NCBI GenBank assembly: GCA_030390025.1
Contig: CM059432.1
Location: 144,152,001 to 144,212,000 of the forward strand
Source: Squalus acanthias
Taxonomy: Eukaryota
Length of the DNA stretch: 60,000 bases
Reading direction: 5' to 3'
The notes beneath the pieces were generated by a model. It was not told where the DNA came from and searched no databases. It was given only the letters and a program-made list of their open reading frames with translations. Below, one piece after another: positions 1-12,769 of the stretch (position 1 is its first letter; the number at the start of each line of letters is the position of its first letter). The translations under genes were made by a program, and so were the position numbers.

Positions 1-3000
1 ACCCACCCGTTATACACCCCATCCGTTATACACCCCGCCCGTTATACACCCCACCCGTTATACACCCAGCCCGCTATACACCCCGCCCGTTATACACCCG
101 CCCGTTATACACCCCACCTATTATACAACCCGCCTGTTATACACCCGCCCGTTATACACTTAGCCTGTTATACACCCGCCCGTTATACACCCCACCCATT
201 ATACACCTCGCACGTTATACACCCGCCCGTTATACACCCCGCCTATTATACAACCCGCCCGTTATACACCCGCCCGTTATACAAATGCCCGTTATACAAC
301 CCGCCCGTTATACACCCGCCCGTTATACACCCGCCCGTTATACACCCCGCCTGTTATACACCCCGCCCGTTATAGAACCCGTCCGTTATACACCCTGCCC
401 GTTATACACCCCGCCCGTTACACACCCGCCCGTTATACACCCCTCCCGTTATACACCCACCCTTTATACACCCGCCCGTTATACACCCGCCCGTTATACA
501 CCCTGCCCGTTACACACCCAGCCTGTTATACACCCGCCCGTTATACACTCACCCGTCACACACCCAGCCTGTTATACACCCCGCCCGTTATACACCCACC
601 AATTATACACCCAGCCTGTTATACACCCAGCCTGTTAACAACCCGCCCGTTATACACCCAGCCTGTTATACACCCGCCCGTTATACACTCACCCGACACA
701 CACCCAGCCTGTTATACACCCCGCCCGTTATACACCCGCCAATTATACACCCAGCCTGTTATACACCCAGCCTGTTAACAACCCGCCCGTTATACACCCA
801 GCCTGTTATACACCCGCCCGTTATACACCCAGCGTGTTATACACCCAGCCTGTTATACACCCGCCCGTTATACACCCAGCCTGTTATACACCCAGCCTGT
901 TATACACCCGCCCGTTATACACCCGCCCGTTACACACCCAGCCTGTTATACACCCGCCTGTTATACACCCGCCCGCTACACACCCAGCCTGTTATACACC
1001 CGCCCGTTATACACCTGCCTGTTACACACCCAGCCTGTTATACACCCGCCCGTTACACACCCAGTCTGTTATACACCCACCCGTTATACACCCGCCTGTT
1101 ACACACCCAGCCTGTTATACACCCGCCCGTTACACACCCAGCCCGTTATACACCCCGCCTGTTATACACCCCGTCCATTATACACCCAGTCTGTTATACA
1201 CCCGCCCGTTATACACCCCGCTCGCTATACACCCCGTCCTTTATACGCACCGCCCGTTATTCACCCCGCTCGTTATACACCCGCCCGTTATACACCCCGC
1301 TCGTTATACACCCCGCCTGTTATACACCCCGACCAATATACACCCGCCTGTAATACACCTGCCCGTTATACACCAGCCCGTTATACACCCACCTGTTATA
1401 CACCCGCCCGTTATACACCCCGACCGATATACACCCGCCCGTTATACACCCGCCCGTTATACACCCCGCCCGTTATACACCCGCCCGTTATACACCCGCC
1501 CGTTATACACCCCGCCCGTTATACACCCCGCCCGTTATACACCCCGCCCGTTATACACCCGCCCGTTATACACCCGCCCGTTATACACCCGCCCGTTATA
1601 CACCCAGCCTGTTATACACCCGCCCGTTATACACCCAGCGTGTTATACACCCAGCCTGTTATACACCCGCCCGTTATACACCCAGCCTGTTATACACCCA
1701 GCCTGTTATACACCCAGCCTGTTATACACCCGCCCGTTATACACCCGCCCGTTACACACCCAGCCTGTTATACACCCGCCTGTTATACACCCGCCCGCTA
1801 CACACCCAGCCTGTTATACACCCGCCCGTTATACACCTGCCTGTTACACACCCAGCCTGTTATACACCCGCCCGTTACACACCCAGTCTGTTATACACCC
1901 ACCCGTTATACACCCGCCTGTTACACACCCAGCCTGTTAAACACCCGCCCGTTACACACCCAGCCCATTATACACCCCGCCTGTTATACACCCCGTCCAT
2001 TATACACCCAGTCTGTTATACACCCGCCCGTTATACACCCGCCCGTTATACACCCGCCCGTTATACACCCGCCTGTTATACACCCGCCCGTTCTACATTC
2101 GCCCGTTATACACCCGCCCGTTACACACCCGCCCGTTACACACCCAGCCTGTTATACACCCGCCCATTATACACCCGCCCGTTACACACCCAGCCTGTTA
2201 CGCACCCGCCTGTTATACACCCGCCTGTTACACACCCAGCCTGTTATACACCCGCCCGTTATACACCCGCCCGTAACACACCCAGTCTGTTATACACCCA
2301 CCCGTTATACACCCGCCCGTTACACACCCAGTCCGTTATACACCCCGCCTGTTATACACCGAGCGCATTATACACCCGCCCGTTACACACCCAGCCTGTT
2401 ATACACCCGCCCGTTATACACCCGCCCGTAACACACCCAGTCTGTTATACACCCACCCGTTATACACCCGCCCGTTACACACCCAGTCCGTTATACACCC
2501 CGCCTGTTATACACCGAGCGCATTATACACCCGCCCGTTACACACCCAGCCTGTTATACACCCGCCCGTTATACACCTGCCCGTTACACACCCAGCCTGT
2601 TATACACCCGCCCGTTATACACCCGCCCGTAACACACCCAGTCTGTTATAAACCCACCCGTTATACACCCGCCCGTTACACACCCAGTCCGTTATACACC
2701 CCGCCTGTTATACACCCGGTCCGTTATACACCCAGACTGTTATACACCCACCCATTATACACCCGACTGTTATACACCCCACCCGTTATACACCCCGCCC
2801 GTTATACACCCCATCCGTTATACACCCCGCCCGTTATACACCCCACCCGTTATACACCCAGCCCGCTATACACCCCGCCCGTTATACACCCGCCCGTTAT
2901 ACACCCCACCTATTATACAACCCGCCTGTTATACACCCGCCCGTTATACACTTAGCCTGTTATACACCCGCCCGTTATACACCCCACCCATTATACACCT

Positions 3001-6000
3001 CGCACGTTATACACCCGCCCGTTATACACCCCGCCCGTTATACACCCCACCCGTTATACACCCCGCCCGTTATACACCCCACCCGTTATACACCCGCCCG
3101 TTATACACCCCACCTATTATACAACCCGCCTGATATACACCCGCCCGTTATACACTTAGCCTGTTATACACCCGCCCGTTATACACCCCACCCATTATAC
3201 ACCTCGCACGTTATACACCCGCCCGTTATACACCCCGCCCGTTATACACCTCGCACGTTATACACCCGCCCGTTATACACTTAGCCTGTTATACACCCGC
3301 CCGTTATACACCCCACCCATTATACACTTAGCCTGTTATACACCCGCCCGTTATACACCCCACCCATTATACACCTCGCACGTTATACAACCCGCCCGTT
3401 ATACACCCGCCCGTTATACAAATGCCCGTTATACAACCCGCCCGTTATACACCCGCCCGTTAATACCCGCCCGTTATACACCCGCCCGTTATACACCCCG
3501 CCCGTTATACACCCCGCCCGTTATACACCCCGCCCGTTATACACCCGCCCATTATACACCCGCCCGTTATACACCCGCCCGTTATACACCCCGCCCGTTA
3601 TACACCCGCCCGTTATACACCCCACCTATTATACAACCCGCCTGTTATACACCCGCCCGTTATACACCCCACCCATTATACACCTCGCACGTTATACAAC
3701 CCGCCCGTTATACACCCGCCCGTTATACAAATGCCCGTTATACAACCCGCCCGTTATACACCCGCCCGTTATACACCCCGCCCGTTATACACCCCGCCCG
3801 TTATACACACGCCCATTATACACCCGCCCATTATACACCCGCCCGTTATACACCCCGCCCGTTATACACCCGCCCGTTATACACCCGCCCGTTATACACC
3901 CGCCCATTATACACACCGCACGTTATACACACTGCCCGTTATACACCCTCCCGTTATACACCCGCCCATTATACACCCGCCCGTTATACACCCCGCCCGT
4001 TATATACACGCCCGTTATACACCCGCCCGTTATACACCCGCCCATTATACACCCCGCCCGTTATATACACGCCCGTTATACACCCGCCCGTTATACACCC
4101 GCCCGTTATACACCCCGCCCGTTATACACCCACCCGTTATACACCCCGCCCGTTATACACACACCCGTTATACACCCGCCCGTTATACACCCCGCCCGTT
4201 ATACACCCCGCCCGTTATACACCCGTCCTTTATACACCCGCCCGTTATACACCCCGCCCGTTATACACCCACCCGTTATACACCCCACCCGTTATACACC
4301 CGCCCGTTATACACACACCCGTTATACACCCCGCCCGTTATACACCCACCCGTTATACACCCCGCCCGTTATACACCCACCCGTTATACACCCCGCCCGT
4401 TATACACACACCCGTTATACACCCGCCCGTTATACACACACCCGTTATACACCCGCCCGTTATACACCCGCCCGTTATACACACACCCGTTATACACCCG
4501 CCCGTTATACACCCACCCGTTATACACCCACCCGTTATACACCCCGCCCGTTATACACACACCCGTTATACACACACCCGTTATACACCCACCCGTTATA
4601 CACTCTGCCCGTTATACACCCCGCCCGTTATACACACACCCGTTATACACACACCCGTTATACACTCTGCCCGTTATACACCCCGCCCGTTATACACACA
4701 CCCGTTATACACACACCCGTTATACACTCTGCCCGTTATACACCCACCCGTTATACACCCCGCCCGTTATACACCCACCCGTTATACACCCCGCCCGTTA
4801 TACACCCCGCCCGTTATACACCCGCCAGATATACACCCCGCCCGTTATACACTCTGCCCGTTATACACTCTGCCCGTTATACACCCGCCAGATATACACC
4901 CCGCCCGTTATACACTCTGCCCGTTATACACCCCGCCCGTTATACACACACCCGTTATACACACACCCGTTATACACACACCCGTTATACACTCTGCCCG
5001 TTATACACCCCGCCCGTTATACACACACCCGTTATACACCCACCCGTTATACACACACCCGTTATACACTCTGCCCGTTATACACCCGCCAGATATACAC
5101 CCCGCCCGTCATACACTCTGCCCGTTATACACACACCCGTTATACACACACCCGTTATACACTCTGCCCGTTATACACCCCGCCCGTTATACACCCACCC
5201 GTTATACACACACCCGTTATACACACACCCGTTATACACCCCACCCGTTATACACACACCCGTTATACACACACCCGTTATACACACACCCGTTATACAC
5301 ACACCCGTTATACACCCACCCGTTATACACACACCCGTTATACACACACCCGTTATACACCCCGCCTGTTATACACTCTGCCCGTTATACACCCCGCCCG
5401 TTATACACACACCCGTTATACACTCTGCCCGTTATACACCCCGCCCGTTATACAACCCGCCCATTATACACCCGCCCATTATACACCCCACCCGTTATAC
5501 ACCCACCCGTTATACACCCTGCCCGTTATACACACACCCGTTATACACCCTGCCCGTTATACACACACCCGTTATACACCCTGCCCGTTATACACACACC
5601 CGTTATACACCCTCCCGTTATACACACACCCGTTATACACCCTGCCCGTTATACACCCGCCCGTTATACACACACCCGTTATACACGCGCCCGTTATACA
5701 CACACCCGTTATACACCCCGCCCGTTATACACCCCGCCCGTTATACACAAACCCGTTATACACCCTGCCCGTTATACACCCCGCCCGTTATACACACACC
5801 CGTTATACACCCCGCCCGTTATACACCCCGCCCGTTATACACCCCGCCCGTTATACACCCCGCCCGTTATACACCCCGCCCGTTATACACCCGCCCGTTA
5901 TACACCCCGCCCGTTATACACCCCGCCCGTTATACACCCCGCCCGTTATACACCCCGCCCGTTATACACCCGCCCGTTATACACCCTGCCCGTTATACAC

Positions 6001-6612
6001 CCCGCCCGTTATACACACACCCGTTATACACCCGCCCGCTATACACACCCGCCCGTTATACACCCGTCCTTTATACACCCACCCGTTATACACCCACCCG
6101 TTATACACCCCGCCCGTTATACACCTCGCCCGTTATACACCCCGCCCGTTATACACCCGTCCTTTATACACCCCGCCCGTTATACACCCCGCCCGTTATA
6201 CACACACCCGTTATACACCCACCCGTTATACACACACCCGTTATACACTCTGCCCGTTATACAACCCGCCCATTATACACACACCCGTTATGCACACACC
6301 CGTTATACACCCCGCCCGTTATACACCCGCCCATTATACACCCGCCCATTATACACCCCGCCCGTTATACACCCGCCCATTATACACCCCGCCCGTTATA
6401 CACACACCCGTTATACACCCTGCCCGTTATATACCCCGCCCGTTATACACACACCCGTTATACACCCCGCCCGTTATACACCCGCCCATTATACACCCCG
6501 CCCGTTATACACACACCCGTTATACACCCTGCCCGTTATATACCCCGCCCGTTATACACACACCCGTTATACACCCGCCCGCTATACACACCCGCCCGTT
6601 ATACACCCGCCC
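1..6612. repeat. C-rich minisatellite of mixed 15/16-bp units (TTATACACCC[C]GCCCG and variants), running off the left edge
   Basis: Continuous tandem units with an almost invariant TTATACAC core. The 285-6673 ORFs (PVIHP/ARYTP/RPLYT) are its translations. Confidence 0.98.
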
Positions 6613-6677
6613 GATGTTACTCCCAGGTGGCGGTCCCATCAACACCCTGCCCAGGTGGGTCAGGTTAAAATGACCCC
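6613..6677. mobile_element. Putative right terminus of a PIF/Harbinger-type MITE
   Basis: Ends in GTTAAAATGACCCC followed by TAA (6678-6680), resembling the AAAAT..CCC termini of other MITEs in this window. The partner TIR is not in the window. Confidence 0.5.
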
Positions 6678-6825
6678 TAATTTCTTTTGGTCAGTCCTTT
6701 AGTCTCTCATTCCCTGTCTCGGTGTCTTGTTCTGTGAAATGTTTTGGGGCATTCTTCATGTTAAAGAAACTTTCTAGACACCAGTTATTGTAGTTGTTGT
6801 TGGGGCCATTGGCCCTCTCAATATA

Positions 6826-7050
6826 AATATATTGGGGCCACAATGTCAAAATTTACAGATGACACCAAAATAGGGAGAATGGTTAACTGTGCAGACTGTA
6901 AGTGACATCAGGAGGCCAGAGGCAGATAGAGGTCGGATGAAATTCCATGCTGAGAAATGTGAGGTGATACATTTTGGAGGAAGAATAAGGAGAGGAAATA
7001 TACAATAAATGGAAACATTAAAAAGGAGCCGAGACTTGGGTTCAGAGACA
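6826..7050 (+). mobile_element. Degenerate CR1 LINE RT fragment
   Basis: Similar to the SKFADDTK ... WQMKFNAEKCEVIHFGRKN region of other CR1 copies here, with disruptions. Confidence 0.75.
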
Positions 7051-7659
7051 CACTCTTGTACCCACCTAGTTTCTCCCCAAAACAATTCGCTTATCTGTAG
7101 TCCCAAATCCATTCAACTGGCTCACTCATTGAACCCATAATTGCACCCCTCAATGTCCACCTTGAGCAAAGAGCAGATACAATCCACAAGTCACAGCTTT
7201 GCAGCCGTTATCTTTCATATTCCAGGCAAGCCGACTTACAATCATTGTCTCTGTTGTTCGGTCCCATGTACATGCCCATCACTGACTCATTGCCCGCTCT
7301 CAGGATGTGCTTTCCTTCACATCCTTGGCTTTACGCTCTGGTGTGCAACTTACCAGACCCTTAATTTGATCTTTACAGCAGAAAGGAAAGTTCATCAAAC
7401 ACACCACCGAATCTCTGATCCCTCGAAGTAAACAAAACATAAAGCTTCATGAAAGTCAGGACAAGTGTTGGAGGAGCTACTGATTTATATCTGCTGGGTC
7501 CAAGTCACATTTTTATGCCCATGGATTTTTGAAAGCTAAAGTTTCCCATGCATTTGCATCACCAGTCATTCTTGTTAAGTATATGATTTGTGCCTAACAT
7601 ACTGAGGAAAGGTACACACTTAAACCACAGCTAAAACATGAACGTACACAAGAGAGGAT

Positions 7660-8945
7660 GGATATTGAGGTTTCAGAGAGGGCACAATGCAGATTCACTG
7701 AGATGCTGCCTGGTCTGAGGAAATAGTCTTGAGAAATTGTGGCTTTTTTATTAGATTATGGGACGATATAATAAAAGTGTTTAAAATTATGAAAGAGTGG
7801 GACAGGGTAGATAGAAGCAGACTGTTTCCAGTAGTCCAGGTAACATTCGCGCCACACAAGTGCCAGGCAATAACTATCTCCAACAAGCGAGAGTCTAACC
7901 ACCGCCCCTTGACATTCAATGTCATTACCATTGCCGAATCCCCCACCATCAACATACTGGGGGGGTTACCATTGACCAGAAACTTAACTGGACCAGCCAC
8001 ATAAATACTGTGGCAACAAGAGCAGGTCAGAGGCTGGGTATTCTGTGGCGAGTGTCTCACCTCCTGACTACCCAAAGCCTTTCCACCATCTACAAGGCAC
8101 AAGTAAGGAGTGTGATGGAATACTCTCCACTTGTCTGGATGAGTGCAGCTCCAACAACACTCAAGAAGCTCGACACCATCCAGGACAAAGCAGCCCGCTT
8201 GATTGGCACCCCATCTACCACCATAAACATTCACTCTCTCCACCACCGGCGTACCGTGGCTGCAGTGTGTACCATCTACAAGATGCCCTGCAGCAACTCG
8301 CCAAGGCTTCTTCGGCAGCACCTCCCAAACCCGCGACCTCTTCCACCTAGAAGGACAAGGGCAGCAGGCGCATGGGAACACCACCACCTCCAAGTTCCCC
8401 TCCAAGTCACCCACCATCCTGACTTGGAAGTATATTGCCGATCCTCCATCGTCGCTGGGTCAAAATCCTGGAACTCCCTCCTTGACAGCACTGTGGGAGC
8501 ACCTTCACCACACGGACTGCAGCGGTTCAAGGCGGTTCACCACCAACTTCTCAAGGACAATTAGGGATGGGCAATAAATGCTGGCCTTGCCAGCGACGCC
8601 CACATCCCATAAATGAATAAACAAAAAGTTGAGGGGGTTTAGAATGAGGGGCCATCGATAGAGGATTAAATGCAAGAGATTTAGAATGTAGGGGAGGAGA
8701 ATCTTCTGCACACAGAGTTGGGAGGTTGTGGGATTCACTTCCAGGGAGAGTGGTTGAGGCAGAGTCTATGTCAACATTCAGGATTAGATCGGATAGATGG
8801 ATGAAGGAAAAAGGGTGTAAGGGATATGGGAACAGAGTGGCTAAATGTGGTTGGAACTATTTGCTCACGTGGTGGGTAAAGACAGACATGTACTGCTGGT
8901 CCCAATGGCCTGTTTCTGTGTTGTGATGTGCATTTCTATGAATTT
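7660..8945 (+). mobile_element. CR1 LINE 3' fragment, split by a LINE insertion at 7836-8626
   Basis: DIIKVFKIMKEWDRVDRSRLFPV resumes after the insertion and continues to WDSLPGRVVEAES and a CR1-type tail. Confidence 0.8.
7836..8626 (+). mobile_element. 5'-truncated LINE of a second CR1/L2-group family (family B)
   Basis: ORF2 C-terminus RAGQRLGILWRVSHLLT...WNSL and tail GGGATGGGCAATAAATGCTGGCC...CCCACATCCC. AGT is duplicated at the junctions (7833-7835, 8627-8629). Confidence 0.9.
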
Positions 8946-9664
8946 CTGCTTGCACATTTTATCTGATGGTGTTTAGTGATTCATCTTTCGCTAGACGCTG
9001 GACTCCAGCCAGTGTAAGTCAAGCCGCACACTTCAAGGCTCAGGGCTGATGCAATATTTTACCGGTTGAAAGTGGGTAGGGGCGAAAAGAACATTGGTCT
9101 CTGAACCACAGCTGGAATAAGTTGTTGGACGCATGCTTGAAGCAAGAATGATTGGGTTGCCCAAGTATCTGTTTAGGATGCGGTCTGAGATCATGTTGGG
9201 GTGTTTAGGAGGTGGCACAGCGTCACTGTGTAAATCCTCCAGAGATAAAAAACAAGTTATTATCTCAGCTGGTTGCTTGGCTGCGGGGTAAGTTGATCAG
9301 GTGTTTGTTTTTGTTGTTCTGAGAAAGCTTTATTTTTTTACCCAGAGACCTCTGCAGGTCCTTTCTATTGAGCGATGTTTGGACAGGAACAACAGGGTCT
9401 TAATCCCAGGTGTTGGGTTACAGGCGTCCCTTTCTGATGCCTGTTGGTTCTTCTGAGCGACCAATTTTCTTAAGTGGTTTGTTTTTGTTAGTATCAAGAG
9501 GGAGAAGTACCTTGGCCCTAATTGAAGCACGCTCCGTTCAGTTTACCTTCTTCTTCAGATAAATACATTTCCTGAGCTCAGTGATTTACATTCCAAGAAC
9601 AGCCCTGAATCTCTGTCACTAAAATGGCCAAAAATACAAACAGGCCATGGTAACTCCCACGTGG

Positions 9665-10010
9665 CAGATGCAGAGAGGATGTTTCCCCTCGTGGGGAAAT
9701 CTAGAACACAGGGGCACAGTTTTAGAATAAAGAGTTGCCCTTTTAGAACCGAGATGAGGAGGAATTTCTTCTCTCAGAGGGTCGTAAATCTGTGGAATTC
9801 TCTGCCCCAGAGAGCCGTGGAGGCTGGGTCATTAAATACATTTAAGGTGGAGATAGACAGATTTTTGCAAGATAAGGGAGTGAAGGATTATGGGGAGCGG
9901 GCTGGGAAGTGGCTTTGAGCCCAAGATCAGCCATGACCTTATTGAATGGCGGAGCAGGCTCGAGGGGCCAAGTGGTCTATTCCTGCTCCTATTTCTTAAG
10001 TTCTTATGTG
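9665..10010 (+). mobile_element. CR1 LINE 3' end
   Basis: FPLVGKSRTQGHSFRIK...NFFSQRVVNLWNSLP followed by a TTCTTATG-type tail. Confidence 0.9.
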
Positions 10011-10054
10011 ATTTCACTTTGATTTTGTCTGATTATTCCTGAAACACTCAGCTG

Positions 10055-10596
10055 AAGTATTGTGTTCCACTCTGGGCATCGTATTTTAGGAAGGATGTCA
10101 AGGCCTTGGCGAGGGTGCAGAGGAGATTTACTAGAATGGTACCAGGGATGTGGGAGTTCAGTTACATGGAGAGATTAGAGAAAGTGGTGTTGTTCTCCTT
10201 AGAGCAGAGAAGATTAAGGGGAGATTTAATAGAGGTATTCAAAATTATGAGGGGTTTTCCTAGAGTAAGTAAGGAGAAACTGTTTCCACTGGCAGGAGGG
10301 TCAGTAACCAGAGGACACAGATTTAAGATAATTGGCAAGAGAACCAGAGGGGACATGAGGACAAAAGTATTTTTACACAGCGAGTTGTTGTGATCTGGAA
10401 TGCGCTGCCTGAAAGGGCGGTAGAAGCAGATTCAATAATAACTTTCAAAAGGGAATTGGAGAAATACTTGAAGGGCAAAAATTTACAGGGCTCTGGGGAC
10501 AGAGTAGGGGGAGTGGGATTAATTGGAGAGCTCTTTCAAAGAGCCGGCACAGGCACGATGGGCCGAATGGCCTCCTACTGTGCTGTAAGATTCTGT
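10055..10596 (+). mobile_element. CR1 LINE 3' end
   Basis: RVQRRFTRMVPG...LEQRRLRGDLIEVFKIM...WNALP and a CR1 tail. Confidence 0.9.
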
Positions 10597-11660
10597 GAAC
10601 AGTGAGATCCCAGCAGGAAGCCACATCTGCTGCTTATAACTCAGACTGTAAAAAATACACAGTTGACAAGAGGTTTTCAGTTGATTAAATGAGAAAGGCT
10701 GCAATACTTTAGGTCTCCATTTTCGAGAGTGGCTGCATGTGGAATGTAAACCCCCCGATCATTACAGTGAGCCAATAATCTGCGTCTATTGTGAGAACGT
10801 AAGAGCATTAAGTCACCTTGTCAAGTGGAAGAAGCCCCCTTTTTCCACTCGACTGTTGTGTAGCTCAGCTTCTTCACCTTCCACTTCACTGGGGGGAACG
10901 GCCTGACTATCCTCAATAGGTGGGCTAATCGTGTGTGAGCCAACACCGTTTACCAGGATTAGCTGGGGCATTTACACTGGGCTGACCGTCTCCTTCTCCA
11001 TCAAGAGCTGGTGGCAGGAATGTGACAGCGAACTTCCTTTCAATGGCGGCCTCTTGGTAGTCTCAGCTTACAGCCGTGGCCTGTATTGTTTGCAGCTCAA
11101 CACCGAATCCTTTTGTTTGCCTCATCCCTTTCAAGTGGCTATCCAGGTTTATCCTTTTTTAATTTGATCTTTCAGTGAGCAAGGCTTTTCCTTTTCGCGT
11201 TTCATCCCAGGCTCCTGTAATCTCTACCTTATTAAAAAAAAAATCATCGCGTTCACCGTTCTCAAAAGGCTCACGCGGGCCATTTGGGTCCTTTCACTCG
11301 TCCAGTCGGATCTCAAGATCGAAATAATGCACAGTTTAAAAAAACAAACTCTAGTTTGGTTTAGAATACAGTAAATAATTTAAGGGATCTAAGGCTCCGG
11401 GAACTTTAGGAACTTTCCGAGCCCCCCGCCCCCACCACTCAACAAGAGCACTTTGTAAGACTGGTTGATTCGAAACTAGAGCAAGTTAGGTAGTTGGCAC
11501 AAAGGAGCGTCAGAGTGCTGAGAAATAGCTGTAGAAAGGAAGAATGTTGACACTTCCCAGCAAATGTTGTTAGGAGTTCAGTTCTAGGTCTGCCTTCAAA
11601 GTTTGGGAGTTGGATGATGGAAGGGGAAATGTAGACTTCTGTCTCATGGAGGGACTTAGT

Positions 11661-11747
11661 AGAACATAAGAACATAAGAAATAGGACCAGGAGTAGGCCC
11701 TTCGAGCCTGCTCCGCCATTCAATAAGATCATGGCTGATCTTCTACC
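11661..11747 (-). mobile_element. CR1 LINE tail fragment
   Basis: (AGAACATA)2 terminal repeat and reverse complement of the tail seen at 9930-10010. Confidence 0.75.
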
Positions 11748-12364
11748 TCATAAAATCATAGTCATAGAATCATAACGGCACAGAAGGAGGCCATTCGGCC
11801 CATCGAGTTCGTGCCGGCTCTCTGTGGAGCGATCCAGTCAGTCCCATTCCCCCGCTCTATCCCCGTAGCCCTGCAAGTTTATTTCCCTCACGTGCCTATC
11901 CAGTCTCCCCTTGAAAACATTGAGTGTCTCCACTTCCACCACTTCCGTCAGCAGCGAGTTCCAGGTCCTCACCACTCGCTGCGTAAAAAGTTTCCCCTCA
12001 CATCCCCCCTGTATCTCTTGCCCCAAACCTTAAATCTGTGTCCCCTAGTCCTTGTACCATCAATTAGTGGGAACAGCCTTTCCCCGTCTAGCCTATCCAA
12101 ACTCGTCATAATCTTGTACACCTCTATCAAATCACCCCTCAACCTCCTTTGCTCTAATGAAAACAAATCCAGCTTCTCCCACCTATCCTTGTAGCTAAGA
12201 TCCCCCATTCTGGTAAATCTCCTCTGCACCCTCTCAACCTTCACATCCTTCCTAAAGTGTGGTGACCAGAACTGGATGCAATACTCCAGTTGTGGCCTAA
12301 CCAGCACTTTATAAAGGTTCAGCATAACTTCTCTACTTTTGTACTCAATACCTATACTTATGAA

Positions 12365-12769
12365 TGTGAGAAGTCGCACAACACCAGGTTATAGTCCAAC
12401 AGTTTTATTTGAAATCACAAGCTTTCGGAGCGCTGCTCCTTCGTCAGGTGAAGTGAAGAGATGCATATAGGCACAGCATATATAGTCAGAGAACACTGCC
12501 AGACGATTACAGTTAATCTTTCTAACTGCCCTAATCACACCTCGGCAGAGAGATAATTACGGCAATCAAAGGTGTGGATGGTGTCCAACCAGGTCAGTCA
12601 GGAAAACATTACATCAAAGACAATGAGGTGGGGTCACAAGGGGTCAAATGTGGCAGATGCTGGGGTCTGTATGGAAAACAAAAAACTTTTTTTGCTGGAA
12701 ATCACAGCAGGTCCGGCCGCATCTGTGTAGAGAGAACAAGCCAACGACGACTCGAGTCTGGATGACTCA
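12365..12769 (-). mobile_element. Non-coding Penelope-type element carrying a hammerhead ribozyme (copy 1)
   Basis: Interrupts the CR1 with a 12-bp TSD, TATACTTATGAA (12353-12364, 12770-12781). Near-identical to 26118-26460. Confidence 0.85.
12415..12451 (-). ncRNA. Minimal type I hammerhead ribozyme motif
   Basis: Minus strand reads UCAC-CUGACGA-A-GGAGC-AGC-GCUCC-GAAA-GC-UU-GUGA: catalytic core, 5-bp stem II, 4-bp stem I and palindromic AGCU in place of stem III. Confidence 0.85.

Noticed and set aside
285..6673. Long Pro/His/Tyr-rich ORFs up to 980 aa
   Set aside because: They translate a nearly stop-free 15/16-bp minisatellite, and all frames cycle through the same peptides.
10830..11235. 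Possible minus-strand exon after a T-rich acceptor-like site
   Set aside because: All three frames hit stops and no recognisable peptide appears.
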